The notes under the pieces: model-generated
Told to the model about the DNA's origin: nothing
Databases searched by the model: none
What the model saw: only the letters and a program-made list of their open reading frames with translations
Assembly (NCBI RefSeq): GCF_009914755.1
Contig: NC_060936.1
Length of the DNA: 64,000 nt
Direction: 5' to 3' (one strand)
From: the human T2T-CHM13v2.0 reference genome, Homo sapiens
Position numbers and translations under genes: made by a program
In this document: in pieces, positions 1-13,624 of the stretch
Layout of the letters: each line of letters starts with the position of its first letter
How positions within the stretch are numbered: the stretch's first letter is position 1

Positions 1-601
1 CTCAAGGTGAGGGAATGCTCAGCCTAGGCCTAGGAAGGAACAAAAATGCTTTCCAGGTGGAGGATACAAGAATGGCAGAGAAAGAGAGGTCTGGAGATAC
101 ATGGTGTGCTTCTGGAAGGGGAGACCTAAGGTGATGAAGAGCACGGAGTAAATAAAGAAGTGAGGAGGGGCAATGGGAAGCAAAGATGGAACATTAAACT
201 GGAGCCAGTTGATTTTATGACAATGTAGGCTGAATTGTAGGATGCTGGAAAGTACAAAAGCAACTGGTCAGTTCATGGTTAGTGAAAAATATATGCAAAT
301 GGCCAGCATGTATTTTAGCCTCAAACTACAGGTTTCCATTACCAACATGGTGGCTATAACCTGGGAACTGCAGCCTCTAACAAATATTCAAACACTGGAA
401 GGAGAAACATCAGTGAACATAATTGGATAGAATTCAAATAATGTAACAGCAGATCCTCAGATCTTCTAGCAAGGTTAACAATATCACAGGCAGAAATTTC
501 AAATTAGGAGTTAATTTGCTATAGAAACCTGTCTTTGGAATACCACCAATAATATTTGTATAAAGTATAAAATATGTATAAGGCTATTGATATTTATTTT
601 A

Positions 602-823
<222 letters not shown>

Positions 824-3192
824 TTAGAAACTTGAATTGAAATCCATGACTAAATAATAAGTCCCCCAATTTTACTTTGTCATGTAAATTGTTTTGTAGG
901 CTAAATTTCTCTGCCTCCTTCTTAGACTTCCCTCAGAACCTTATGCATGTAAGCATCCTCCCTAACATCCTTCCCTAAATAACTACCCAGCTCTAAGACT
1001 CCTCTGTCCCTTTCACTGTGTTACTATGGATTTTTTTCAATTAGTACAAAAGCTCGCTGCAACTTTTTTTAAGGTCATTTTGCTAATAGGATTTTCCTCT
1101 TTTCTTAGGAACCAACCTTAACCAGTTCCTGATCATACTGCCACAGGCTGCCTGTGTTTTATGCACTCTCTCTCTGATACCTCTGAATTGAAACTGTTAT
1201 TGCCCTACTCATTTGTTCTTTCACGCAGTAATTGTCCCCAATATGCTCTAAGCACAGATTTCCAATTGTACAAGAAGAATTATTTGTCAGAAATAAAATG
1301 CTGTCTATGGTTTTATAGTAAAACATGCCATTGGCCCAGCATCACATATTCTATATGTCTAGTAGTAGTAGTCTTTGATTATTTTTCTTCATATTTTATC
1401 CAAAAAGAACATTAAAAACTTAAGTATCTCTCTTATTTTTTTCAATTCATATCAAAAATTTTTCATCATAATTTTAAATACTTGAAAGGATCTAACTTCC
1501 TATGCATTGTAGATATCGACATTTCAAAATGAGGCCATAATGTTCCTGTATTAAATTTACCAAATGTCATTTGAACACTACAGCAACTTGAAGCTCATCA
1601 TCTTCCATTTACCTAAACATGAATAGGCTCTTCTTTAATTGGTAGACACTTCATACCCTTTCTCCTTGAACTCATACTTTCATTGTATTTCCCCCTCATT
1701 TTTGTAAATTACATAGTTATGCTTAAAACTATTGTATTTATCATCCTTCTCCCTATAATAAAAAATATACAATTAAATCTATATTTCAAATTTCTTTTGA
1801 CCATAAGCCTCTAAGTGTTAAAATTTAAATTTTGTATTACTATTCCAATTATTAATTCACAGATACTTGATATATCATAAATAAAACAGAAAATGATAAA
1901 TAATTAATAAATATAAAAAATCACCTCTTAATAATCTAGGTATAACAGATTTATTTTCAGTAAGTTCAGTTGTCTGTGGCTGAATCTTACCTTTTGTTAG
2001 ACTATGACAGCAGGTACCAACTATTCCTAGCTTTCATCTTCATAGGATGTTCACATAAATAAGTGAAAATGGAAGTAGACCTGTTACAGCAATGACTTTA
2101 TTCTTTGAACTCCAAGTTATTGGCAAATATCACATAATGATCTATCACCTTACATAATTTTTAATGATCTACCAACAGACAGTGCAATCAAGTCCTCCTT
2201 TAATTTGGTTGAAAGCAAAGAATTTAAACATAGCCATCATTAGAGTTACCTGTCATTACAGTCATTTACTGTCACAATTTCTTTTAAGTACAGCAGAAAA
2301 GCTTTACTGAGACTCACCAAAGGACTATTACTTATGCCTCATACTCATCCACTTAAAGCCACCTTGCTCAGTCTAAAATACTCACAAAGAGTTGGGAAAA
2401 TGACCTTTCACAGTGTAATTTTTTTATAAAGTGATCTTTCTTCATCACCCAATCAAAATATATTTTTGTCAAAACTTTGAGCTTACAGATTTAGAATTTT
2501 GTTGGTGGAAAATGCCCATCGTAGAGCCTAACTGGCAAACCAGTCCTCATCATCAAACCAACTGGTCAGATCAGACTTCTTGTGTCCATTCAAATAAACA
2601 TACTATTATGCATCCCCATGACAACTATGTCACTTCTGAATTTAGAACAGCAACACAGGCCACCATACCTTACTTCTAAGGCCATGTTATATTCTTCATA
2701 GAGATACGTGTTAGACAGGGAGAGATGTGAAGCCCTCCTTTGGGTTTGTGATGCCTTAATTGGAGAATGCCTTGCTGACACTGATATATCAGACTATTCC
2801 TTTGTAAGGTACCTCAGAGGCTTGTACACCTGGGGCATAGTAAGATGCTGGTGTACACAAGGTATTCCTTAACTTTGTTAAAATGAGCAGAGGGCAACTG
2901 AGAAATGGAGGAGGGAGAAGGAAACCACCATGACATCTTTACTGCAGGTGTGTACTCAGGCAGATCAGCTTCAGGGAAGCGTCCAAAGAGATGCAAGCTG
3001 AAACTCTGGAAAAGAGTCTTGTAAAACTGTGGTGCCCATGGACCTCTCATCAAGTTTTCATCTACCCCTAGCCATGCACATCAAACAAACCAGTTGTATT
3101 TACTGAGCTGGGAAACAAAGCAGCTTAAAAATGCCATCTGATTCATGGAATGATTAAATAAATATTTTAAAAAGGGCCATAGCTATCAATAC

Positions 3193-3503
<311 letters not shown>

Positions 3504-3994
3504 TAAATTTTTCATCACCCACACAATAACTACCCTTCCTATTAAGTAACTTGGGAAACAGTATGTAAGGCTCCTAAGTCTGTCTTTCTAACTTGAAGAA
3601 TGTCAGTCTAATTTTTTATAGTTCTTCCCCAGCACTTACAGTTCTGCGTAATAAACATTATAAAATATAGCAGGGTGAGAAAAGATAAAATACAAATGTG
3701 GAGCAGGAACAATGACTCAGCATGGTAAGTGTCTCGAATGGCCCTTGCTGCTTAAAACACATTAGGACTTAAATTATCTGCAAATACAAAACTGAACAAA
3801 CTGTGGCCATTCATTACTACCCGTAATAATAACAGCAGTTATTTAGAAAAGCAGTTAAATCCAGGAGGTGCAAGAAAACCAATTTGAACATTCAAAAGGA
3901 AAAGTTGTCAACCAAAATGCTTTATATATAAACATAAACACTTTAATAGAGTGAACTCATATGTTTTTGAAAAGGAAAAAAGATCAGCTTAGTT

Positions 3995-4100
3995 TACATG
4001 TATATATCTATATACACACACATATCTACATATACACACATATTTACATGTATATATATGTGTGTGTATACACGTATACACGTATACATACACACATTCA
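3995..4100. repeat. Degenerate (TA/CA/TG)n microsatellite at the start of intron 2
   Basis: tatatacacacacatatctacatatacacaca...tgtgtgtatacacgtatacacgtatacatacacac. Confidence 0.85.
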
Positions 4101-4135
4101 TATTCGTTATTTCACTGAGATCCAATTACACTTAC

Positions 4136-4313
4136 CGCCTCAGTATGAATAGGATGTACAGCAAAAAGCAATGCCGTTACAAAAGCAAGTCCACGATTCT
4201 TGAAGACAGTTTTATCACAGGTGTACATCAGCACAAGAGTCACTAAGCAGTGTAAAATTATATTTACTGCATGAAAGTAGAATGGGTTCATACCAGTCAA
4301 AAATATGTTTAGC
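4136..4313 (-). CDS. TMTC1: TMTC1 coding exon 2 (K/LNIFLTGMNPFYFHAVNIILH...FAVHPIHTEA)
   Basis: Acceptor: branch-like CTAAT, long pyrimidine tract, TACAG|G (AG 4315-4314). Donor GCG|GTAAGT (GT 4135-4134). 178 nt; joins exon 1 in frame (AA|G = Lys101; 302+178=480 nt). FAVHPIHTEAV is the conserved TMTC motif. Confidence 0.96.
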
Positions 4314-5053
4314 CTGTAAAACAAAAGAAAAAAGAAAAAAACTGCATTAGCTACAAACTCAACATAAACACAAGGAACGCAGACGGAATCCATCATTTAA
4401 AAAGATAAGCTATTAGATTAATGATTTTTAAATGATTCCCAACATTGGGTTATTTTTTAGCCTTGGGTATGTATCACATTTTTCCTATTTCAGAATTGTC
4501 CCATGTGCAGAAATCCATGCATATACAATACAATATTATTTCAGGGAACTTTGGTCTCACTGAGAAGGCAAGCAAACAGGTGCTGAGCCTGTTTTTCCAT
4601 CACTCCATGGCTAATGCAAATATGCCCCCTTAATATTCTTATTTTCACTGCTGGCTCTTCCCAAGCAACTGAGTGTTGAAAGGGAAGTCCAAAGGGCCAT
4701 GGGTCAGAGCCACATACACCGGAGATGAACAGAAACCATGAAACTACAATTATAGTCACAGTTGGGACAAATGAAGCATGAATGTGTTCTCTCACCCATG
4801 GTGCCACCAGGAACCAGGTTTCTAGATTATGCAGCTGGAAGCATCACCTAATTACCACCCCACAAAGGAAGCTTTAGGGAACCTACAGGCTATTACCAGC
4901 TGCAGCTGAAATGAAAAGATGAGCAAAAGCATCATGTTCCACAATGTGTATTAAATGTTTTTAACATAAATCCCCACAGATCTCAGTACCTGATTTCTAA
5001 GACTGTGACAAAGCAATTAAAAGAGAACCACAAAGGGAAAGAAAACCAATTGC

Positions 5054-6766
5054 TCAACATCTTAAAAAAATACTTTCATGAGACAGAAATGCAGAATAGA
5101 CAGACTTCTGAAGGTTGCCTTAAATTTAATAACAGGACATAATACACCCAATTGATTCTGTGGGGTTACAGAAAAAATACACTTGCACAAGGTATGGTTC
5201 TTTCCAGGGAGCACTGATACCCTAAGTGGTGCTGCCTACAGTTGTCTGTATTCTAGTCAATTTTACCAAAACAGCAATCCCAGGTCTTCAATTCTCAGGC
5301 CTTTGATCTGCTTCTCTTATAGAAACAGCTCTTCTTTGCCAAAACAACTAAGAATGAAAAAGTCAGCTTTAGAGATGACATACGCGTATTCTAAATAATT
5401 GACGTAATTCATGCACAGCTTTAACCTACAGAATTTTAAACATCTCAAGATTTATTTGGACATATGAATGCAAATGTCATAGTTACTAATAAACTCCATT
5501 TTCACTCCCACTGAAGTAATCAGAGTCTTAACTAAGCCTAGAAAACTAAATTGTTGAATTGGATCCAACTCCAGGGCTCTGATGCAAGATTTGACTCAGC
5601 TGTATGTTGGCAGACTCATGAGTCTGCACACACCCCAGCATCCTCAATACAGGAGCCTGGTGGGAAATTGCCCATCCAGAGGGAAAAAGGAATAGGCAGT
5701 GAACTAGAGAACTCATAGGTCCAACAAAGCGGGGAGACCAGCATGCCATTCCTGTATAGAAACACACACGAGGCAGCAGAGCTGCTTGAAGTCAGAAAGC
5801 TTGGGATGGGATAATTGTTAAGGAAGGTCAAGACCAAGTCCAGGTCCTTGGAGAACTTGGATGCAGTTCCCTAAGAGTCCACCCCTCTGAGACTGATTTT
5901 ACACTGCATTCCACTTCAGCAGGCTGAGCTTTCCACACTAAACCATTCATTTAAAATTCATTCACACCACTGACAAGGATGAGAGAAAACAGGCAATCTC
6001 ACATCTGATCGGTAGGTGTCCAAGTTGGAAGGTCTCTTGGTTGGCAACATGCATTGGAGGCTTTAAAAGGTATGCACTTTTGACTGAAAATTCCACTTCC
6101 AGGAATTTTCCATAAAGAAGTAACAAGAAAAGTTTGTATAAAATATATATAAACTATATATACATAAGTATATATACAAATACATACATATGTACATATA
6201 CATATAAAAGATGTTAGAGTGAATGTACAAGAATGCATCTCACAGTGTAAATGGTAAAAATGGCAATAGTGAGAAAGGCAAGACATCTAACAAGCCAAAT
6301 CCTTGATAAATTTGACTACTCCCATGGATCCTAAAATTTAGATAATAAATTTGGATCACAAATAATAGCACCATTTCTTTAAAAAGAAAAAAAAAGGCTT
6401 ATTTTTGCAAAGTATTTATTATTCAACCATTCAAAAACTGAAAAGCATCATTAAAGATGGCATTATTACTATGTTACCTATACTCTTATCAGGTATTTAA
6501 CATATATTCCTTTCTCCTTCCAAAAACAGTATAAAATGGTAGGCATGAATCACCTTTGTGGTTCATATGTGTCATATCTGAAAATGTCCAAGCGTTATCC
6601 ATGTTATTTCTTGAACTTAGTCAAAATCTGAAAAAATACTTCTGTAAGACAGACATGCAGAATAGAGAGACTTCTGACGGTTGGCTTAAATTTAATAACA
6701 GGCCCTAATGCACCTAATTCCATCTGTGGGGTTATAGAAAAAACACGCTTGCACAAGATATCGTTC
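5054..6766 (+). repeat. Dispersed direct repeat, two ~147-bp copies (5054-5200 and 6621-6766)
   Basis: Colinear alignment by eye: atgcagaataga(c/g)agacttctga(a/c)ggttg(c/g)cttaaatttaataacagg...tctgtggggtta(c/t)agaaaaaa...cttgcacaag. Confidence 0.88.
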
Positions 6767-7079
6767 ATGCATCAGAAGCTTAAAAACGTACACACAAGAA
6801 TGCCTGGTGTATGAAGTGAATTCAATTAGATCCCAAAATATAAAATAAATTGCTGAATGAGGAGTCCCCGCAGTAATGACATAATGCTGTGAAAGTCCCT
6901 TACCTGGAACCTAACATTGGTGAATCTAAGCTTTAAGAAATCACCCTGAATCTGGAGTTAGGAATATTTTTAAAATATCTAAAAAGATGGAGAGTGAATT
7001 CTCCAAATTACAGACAAGTGAGCTTGAGACAAAATGCTAACGAAAGCTTCTAGCGTATTCTACGTGTGATCACAGAGAA

Positions 7080-7640
7080 AAGAAGTTCTGATTCTGGGAG
7101 ATAATATGGGTTCACAAAAAGGGGGTTCACTGATTAACCTCATAATTTAATAGAAAAGGGGATGTGATGCATGCATCACATCTTTATTTTAACAAAGGCG
7201 TTTATCAAAATCTCTCAAAATCTCCCTGCAAACAAGACAGCCTAAGATAGATTTGTAGCAAACACCAAGAGTAGTGAATAATAAATCAATGTCTCCTTGG
7301 ACTGAGATCTCCAGTGTATGTCACAGGGTTCTGATATTACCTCTGTTCTGTCCAATATTTTTATCAAAGGTTTAATGAAACTATACAGTGTATACTTATC
7401 AAGATACAAAATGCCTTTATCTGGAAAGGAGAATTAATGTACCAGAAGAACTAACTGACATTCACAAAGAGTTTAAATGGCTGAAATTGTTAGCTAATTC
7501 TAACAGGATTAGACGGAATAGTGGTAAGAATAAAGGCTCACATGGGGATATAAAAGACAACAAAATACTTGCAATCTAGATTAAAACTGTACATAGGTCA
7601 TTGCCCTATGTACACAGAGTTAACGTGTGTCAGTTATCAA
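7080..7640 (+). mobile_element. L3/CR1 LINE fragment (RT region, highly decayed)
   Basis: Resembles CR1 consensus: atgggttcac...aaggcgtttatcaaaatctctca...ctccagtgtatgtcacagggttctg...aatatttttatcaa. Confidence 0.55.
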
Positions 7641-7689
7641 AACAGACCAAACCAGACAGACAGGGAACTGCACAAATCAAACAATTTTT

Positions 7690-8245
7690 CATTTCAATTT
7701 ACACAATCAGGTATTTATTAAGCACATACTACATGTCAGATATGATTCAGGGCCCAGAGATACAAAGAGAAGTAAGACGTGGCATCTGTTCCCAAAGAGT
7801 TAACAGCATAGTAGGAGCAGGCAAGGTAATTAAACAGCGAATTAAATGTTAAGGAATTCTGGCAGTGGGAGAACTTACCAGGTGCAGACATGGGGAAGAG
7901 GGAGGTATTCTACCTGAGGATGGGAGAGGCAAGATAGGTGGTATCCAAAGTGGGGCAGCAGACAGTCAGAGGACTTTTTAAACACAGAGCACCTTCACAG
8001 GAGAACTTCAGGATGCTAAGGGGGGAGGGAAGACCCTCAGAAATGATGCCTCTTGAATGTAGCTTTGAGGAAATGGAAGATGCTCAGCCTAGAGAAAGAT
8101 GACAGAAATAATGCCAAGTTCTCCAGGGGAAAAGATCTTTGCCATATTTATGGCTACATCCACAGTGTCTAGCACAATGCCTCATTCATGATTATCATAC
8201 AATAGGCATTCAGATGAATGAATAAACATGAATGGATGAATGAAA
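7690..8245. mobile_element. L2 3'-end fragments (minus ~7690-7860; plus ~8120-8245)
   Basis: tatttattaagcacatactacatgtcag (reverse L2 tail) and cagtgtctagcacaatgcct...gaatgaataaacatgaatggatgaatgaa. Confidence 0.55.
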
Positions 8246-10400
8246 AGCAATACTAAAGGAATGCATTTATTCTAAGTAGCTCCCTAAGGGGAAACTACAA
8301 TCCAATAAAGATGTTGCAAACTGTCTTCCCAAAGGCTAGGTTTAGCCTGCAGGTTGTTCTGTTTTACTTTCATACTTCTTTTTTATTTATCAGGGTTTTA
8401 AAAACTGGTGGCTTCATATAAAAATTTCCAGCTTCTCTTGAAATATTAGAAGACCTGACAACTCTGGGCCTACACGGCTGCATGGAAATATCTGTGTGCC
8501 CATCTCGAGAGGACAAGGGCTCACAATTTGCCATAGTCTCTACCAATTCCTATCATATTCCTAACCTGAAGGCATTCATTTATCATTATGCACACAATTT
8601 TTTTTTGTGTACGGTAAAGAGGAAAGTGAAATATTTCTTGAGCCTGCATGACTATCACACATGGGCAATAAGACAGTCAAAATGACTGCTTGAAGAAAAA
8701 TGGGAGAAAGCATATTTCTGGAAGAGGAGAATATTCCCATGTACCTGAAATGCAAAGTATTACAACATAACCTCACATCCAGCTCACTTCACTCACTCTA
8801 AGATCAGCCTGACCCTTTTAGCAATTTTCAACTTTTAATATGCAAAGTACTGAGAGGCAGGCTTCAGCTCAAAGTAGGAGGTAACACTGAAGCTAGTACA
8901 CATTTAAAGATTTAAAATTATATCAGTTGCTTGGATAACCAGAAATGTCCACAAAGAAGTATAATGACAACCCACATGAAATACCATCTAAAAAGAACAT
9001 CTCAGGTTCTATATCACCCTGAATGTACCCCTTTGAAAGTATTTAACCAATTTTTTAAAAAACTCATTAACTATATTCCTCAAACGTTTTTCATACACTA
9101 TAGGAAACTAATTTCTTTTTGTCATTGTATCCATCTCACTCAGCATACAATAGATTCTAAATGAAAATTTACTGAACTTACATTAAGTTGCAATTGGAAA
9201 AGATCATCTTTCCCTTTGACTTCAAGAATCTCTCATTTTATTTGGTGTAGCCTTCATTCTTCATTTAAAACTAGGCCAAGCAGTAGGAAATAAAATAATA
9301 TTTTTGGAAATAATCTTAATAGCCATCTCTCACTATCTGAAAACCTTCCAGAGTTCCACAAATATGAACCCAAATCGCCCCTTCTCCATCTGAACTCACT
9401 CTGCCTTCCTGTAAAACTTCCCAGAAATGTAAGGCCGTGAGTTCTCAGATAAGCTGGTTTGCAGCATGCCATATCCCTTCCCAGGAAAGGGTATGGGGTC
9501 ACAAAATCTGGCACCAAAGGGGGTTGTGGGGTGGAGAGAAAGGGAGAAGAAAGAGTTGTTGGCTGCCCTCTGCTTCCTCACTCCCACAGCCTGGAGCTTA
9601 AGATAAACCCCATCACTGTCTTTTAAGTTTCTTCTTTGACAATAGCTCTGATTTAGGAAAAACAAAACAAAACAGTAACAGTCTGTATTTGTGAAACAGA
9701 GACACACAGCAGAGAAGGACTAGAGTCCTTCCTCAAAAGGACCCCAACTCCATGTCAATCAAATGGCTCTACCTCAAGGAACTGGCATAGGTCTGCAAAC
9801 TGGGTAAGACATCATGACTCTACATGTGGTGACCCAAGCCTGATTCCTGGCCCTGAAGCTGGAGTTTTCCTGGAATAAATTTTAGCAAAATTTTAGAGGG
9901 CTGCCCATCTACTTCATTCCTAGGGACAATATGATTAATAAGCCACCACCAATGATCGCTGCAGGTCAAAACATTCTGATTATCACTGTGTCCCAGAGGC
10001 CCATCATGATCAAGGCATTCACCTTGTCTTTGGCAGCTAAGCTCTGCCACTTGGTCTTTGGTACTCCAGGAACCTATCACCCCATGAAGTCAGAAAGTCC
10101 ACCTCAATGGCAGCATCTCCTACATCACACCTGGCCTACAGAAGAGATCCACCAAAGAGCTTCTCGAAGTTGCAGGTGCTCCTTCACCAATGTAATTCTC
10201 AATGCCTCAAAAAAGGGAAAGTCATCTGGCCCTCTCTGGGAATACAGTGGAGACATGAGTGTGTGTGTGTGTGTGCAGGTGGCATGTGATAAACGCATGC
10301 CAGCATTCCTATCTCAATAAGCCTTTGCGTTCCTTTCTCTACATTATGCCAGGGAGATTTTAGCATCTCAACCTCATTAAACATGGGCCCCCATGAGTCC

Positions 10401-10570
10401 CAGTGGTTCTCAACTGTCTTAATCATCTGGTGTGGTAGCTACAATTGTTGATTCTCCGATCCCATCCCAAGATATTCCAAGGCAGCAGATCTAAATTAGG
10501 GCCCAGAGATCGGCCCCCAAGCAACCCAGGTGATTCAAAGTCAGGTGATACTCAGAACAATGAGAGACAG
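10401..10570. mobile_element. MER5-type hAT-Charlie MITE
   Basis: Starts cagtggttctcaac; internal aagcaacccaggtgattc. Confidence 0.55.
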
Positions 10571-11479
10571 GTTTCAAAGCTTAAGGGAAGGCTGCTAGTA
10601 TTGCCCAGCTTTCCAGAAAAGCCCAGATTTCTCAGCAGTAACACAAAGAATAGAGTACATTCTTTTCCAAAGAAATACAAACCAGGGAAAACCAAAAATT
10701 AAAAGTACCCCTTTATTATCTGTTTCTGGTGTCTCCAGTGTTGGGTTCTCCAACACTTTCAGCATGGGTTTCCACAGCCCAATGCTAAGCACACAGCACA
10801 TTCTCCTGTATTCCTCTATTACTGTTCATCTTTCTTTTTCCCAACCTCTTGCCATCATTACAGATCTCAAATGCTTATAAGAGGTTTCCATAGTCTTCTT
10901 AGATCATTCAACCAATAAATAACAACATCTGGTTCTTCTCATTTCTCCTCTAAGGCAAAAATCCCTTTGGCCCTCAATCATTTTGGTTGCTCTTCTTCTG
11001 CATTCCCTTCAGTACCAGGAATAAATCAGCAAATCATTATTGCTTAATGTATCTGAAGTACAAAATGATGTAGCTCCCAGGCACCAATGCAAACAACAGT
11101 CCAGAGGGGAGATTGATACTCTGCAGCTGAAGCAAAATTCATGGCTTTGATTTGAGTTCAAGGCATCACATCCTTATCTGGCTATGAGGAAGCTGCCCCA
11201 CAGGAAAGCTGCCCCATGGGAAGGGAGGTTATTGTCACTGTTACATTAGTACTAGAGTAATAGTACAGTTATTAGAGTAATAACTGTACTAAAGAAAGGG
11301 TAAGAAAACTGAAGGCAGGAAGATCAGTAAATATATCTGGAAGGTAGCAAGTCCCGGAAGAAAATCCTCAAAAAGAGAGCCAGCAAATAATAAAAATTAT
11401 GACAGACCAAGGCCAAATATTTTAGTTTTAACTGAGCTGTCAATTTTTAGCATTTTTTTTTAAATGTGTGTTTGGTGTT

Positions 11480-12250
11480 TGGTGGAGTGCCTGATTGTAA
11501 TGCAGTTCTGACATCAACTTCCCAGAATTAACAAAAACTCCCAGTTGAGGGCAAAGTCGTCCACAAAACTCCTCACACTTCAGACATCAGCCACAAGTTC
11601 CTCAGGCCACCAGTACTTCTGACCAACTGGCTACATAATCAGGGCCTCCCACAACTCCCTCAGGTTCGATCATTCATTAGAACAAATCAGAGAAATCGAG
11701 TAACCCCTATACTTATGGCTATAGTTTTCTTATAAAGGATACAAGTCAGGACCAATCAAAGGAAGAAACCTATGGGACAAGGTCCAGGAGGGCCCTGAGC
11801 ATAAATGTTCTATTTCTTCAGGATGCTTCACCCTCCTAGCACATCAAGGTATGATTACCTACCAGGGAAGTTCAAGCAAACTTCAGTGTCCAGAGTTTTT
11901 ATTGGGGGTCCCAGTATGTAGGCACAATTGATTGAAATCACTGACCACATAGCAATTCAATTTTCAGCCCCTCTTCCCTCCTAGGAGGTTGAGATATAGG
12001 AGTGATATCACATGCCTCACAGCCCCAACCCTCTAATCATATAATTGGTCTTTACACCACAGCCAGCCCTCACCCTATAACCATCTAGGAGCCCACCATG
12101 AGTCAACTCCTCCTTAGCATAAACTTAGGTGTGATCCCAGGAGTCCATCATGAATAATAAAGAAACTCCTCTCACTTGGGAAATTCCAAGGGATCAGAAG
12201 TTTCCTCCCAAGAATCCAGCACGAAGACCAGAAAAAAATCACTGTCATGT
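11480..12250 (-). mobile_element. MER21-family solo LTR
   Basis: cacttcagacatcagccacaag...acttctgaccaactggcta...ccctcaggttcgat...ggaaattccaaggg typical of MER21. Confidence 0.65.
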
Positions 12251-12769
12251 TAGTTTCTCTGATAACATATTTTCAGGTACTTGTACTCCATTTGATCCAA
12301 CAAGGCCATTCCTTATAGAAAGCATAGGCATGGATGAATCTTAGGAACCTGAGATTGGAGTGTAGTGAGAACCCCCTATAATTCTGGGTTTTGAAGGTAC
12401 AGCTGCTGTTTCTCACCTTGAACTTTGCAGCAAGCATCCACCAACCATTTGTGCTGCAACCTGCCACCTAAGAAGAGTAAGATCCAAAAGCGCTACAGAT
12501 CTTCATTCTCTACACAGAGTTACAGTTCCAGCAAGTTCCAATAGAAATTCAAAGTCATCCCTTTCAGAATCTCTCAGTAAACAGAACCCATTGGTATCCT
12601 CTGTATACATCTGAGGAAATTCCTAGTCTGCCTCCACTTTTCTCTTTGAGAAAGAAAGAACAAAGGTAAATTAGTGAAAAAGTAAACCAAGCAGACTTTT
12701 TCTCTACATTATAATCATGTAGCCTTACCTTAGTATTTACCTGAAAAATCTGAGCAGTCACAAAAAGGA

Positions 12770-13250
12770 TTTATTCATTCTTTAAAAAATTAATTCATTT
12801 TTAATTGACAAATAATATTCCTTCTTTCAATGATAAATCTTGAGTCCCTACTTTGCAAGCCAGGCTTAGTTGTAGGTGCTAGAGATAAACCTCATGGAGT
12901 TTACACTGTAGTGAGGGGAGGTAAAACTCAACAAAGCAGGGTAAGGAAATAAGGGTAAAAAAACACAGAGGAGTGTTTGCTACTTTGATCACCTGGCCAC
13001 CAGGGAAGGCCTCCGGGATGAAGTGACATTTAGGCAGAAACCAAAGGTGGTGAGCACATAAGCCCTGCACAGATCTGGGGAAAAGCATTCAGGAGGAACC
13101 ACCAATACATGCAAGGCCTTTGGTAGCAGTGGGTTTGGCCTGTGCAAAGAACAAGGGCTCTGGAATGCTGGTGCAGAGAATGAGGTGGAGATTGGTAGAC
13201 TAGGGATCAGAGAGGTAGCCAGGGGTCAGATCAAACAGGACTTCATAGAA
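12770..13250 (-). mobile_element. L2 fragment
   Basis: tgagtccctactttgcaagccagg...cctcatggagtttacactgtagt...cagggaaggcctc...gtgacatttaggcaga. Confidence 0.6.
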
Positions 13251-13304
13251 AAGAAACAGTATCTTATTATTTGGGAAAGAAACACTGCCATTGTGTGGGC
13301 ATGA

Positions 13305-13624
<320 letters not shown>

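Noticed and set aside
4112-4396. 94-aa ORF as a standalone gene
   Set aside because: It is exon 2 plus read-through into the flanking introns (poly-Phe = polypyrimidine tract).
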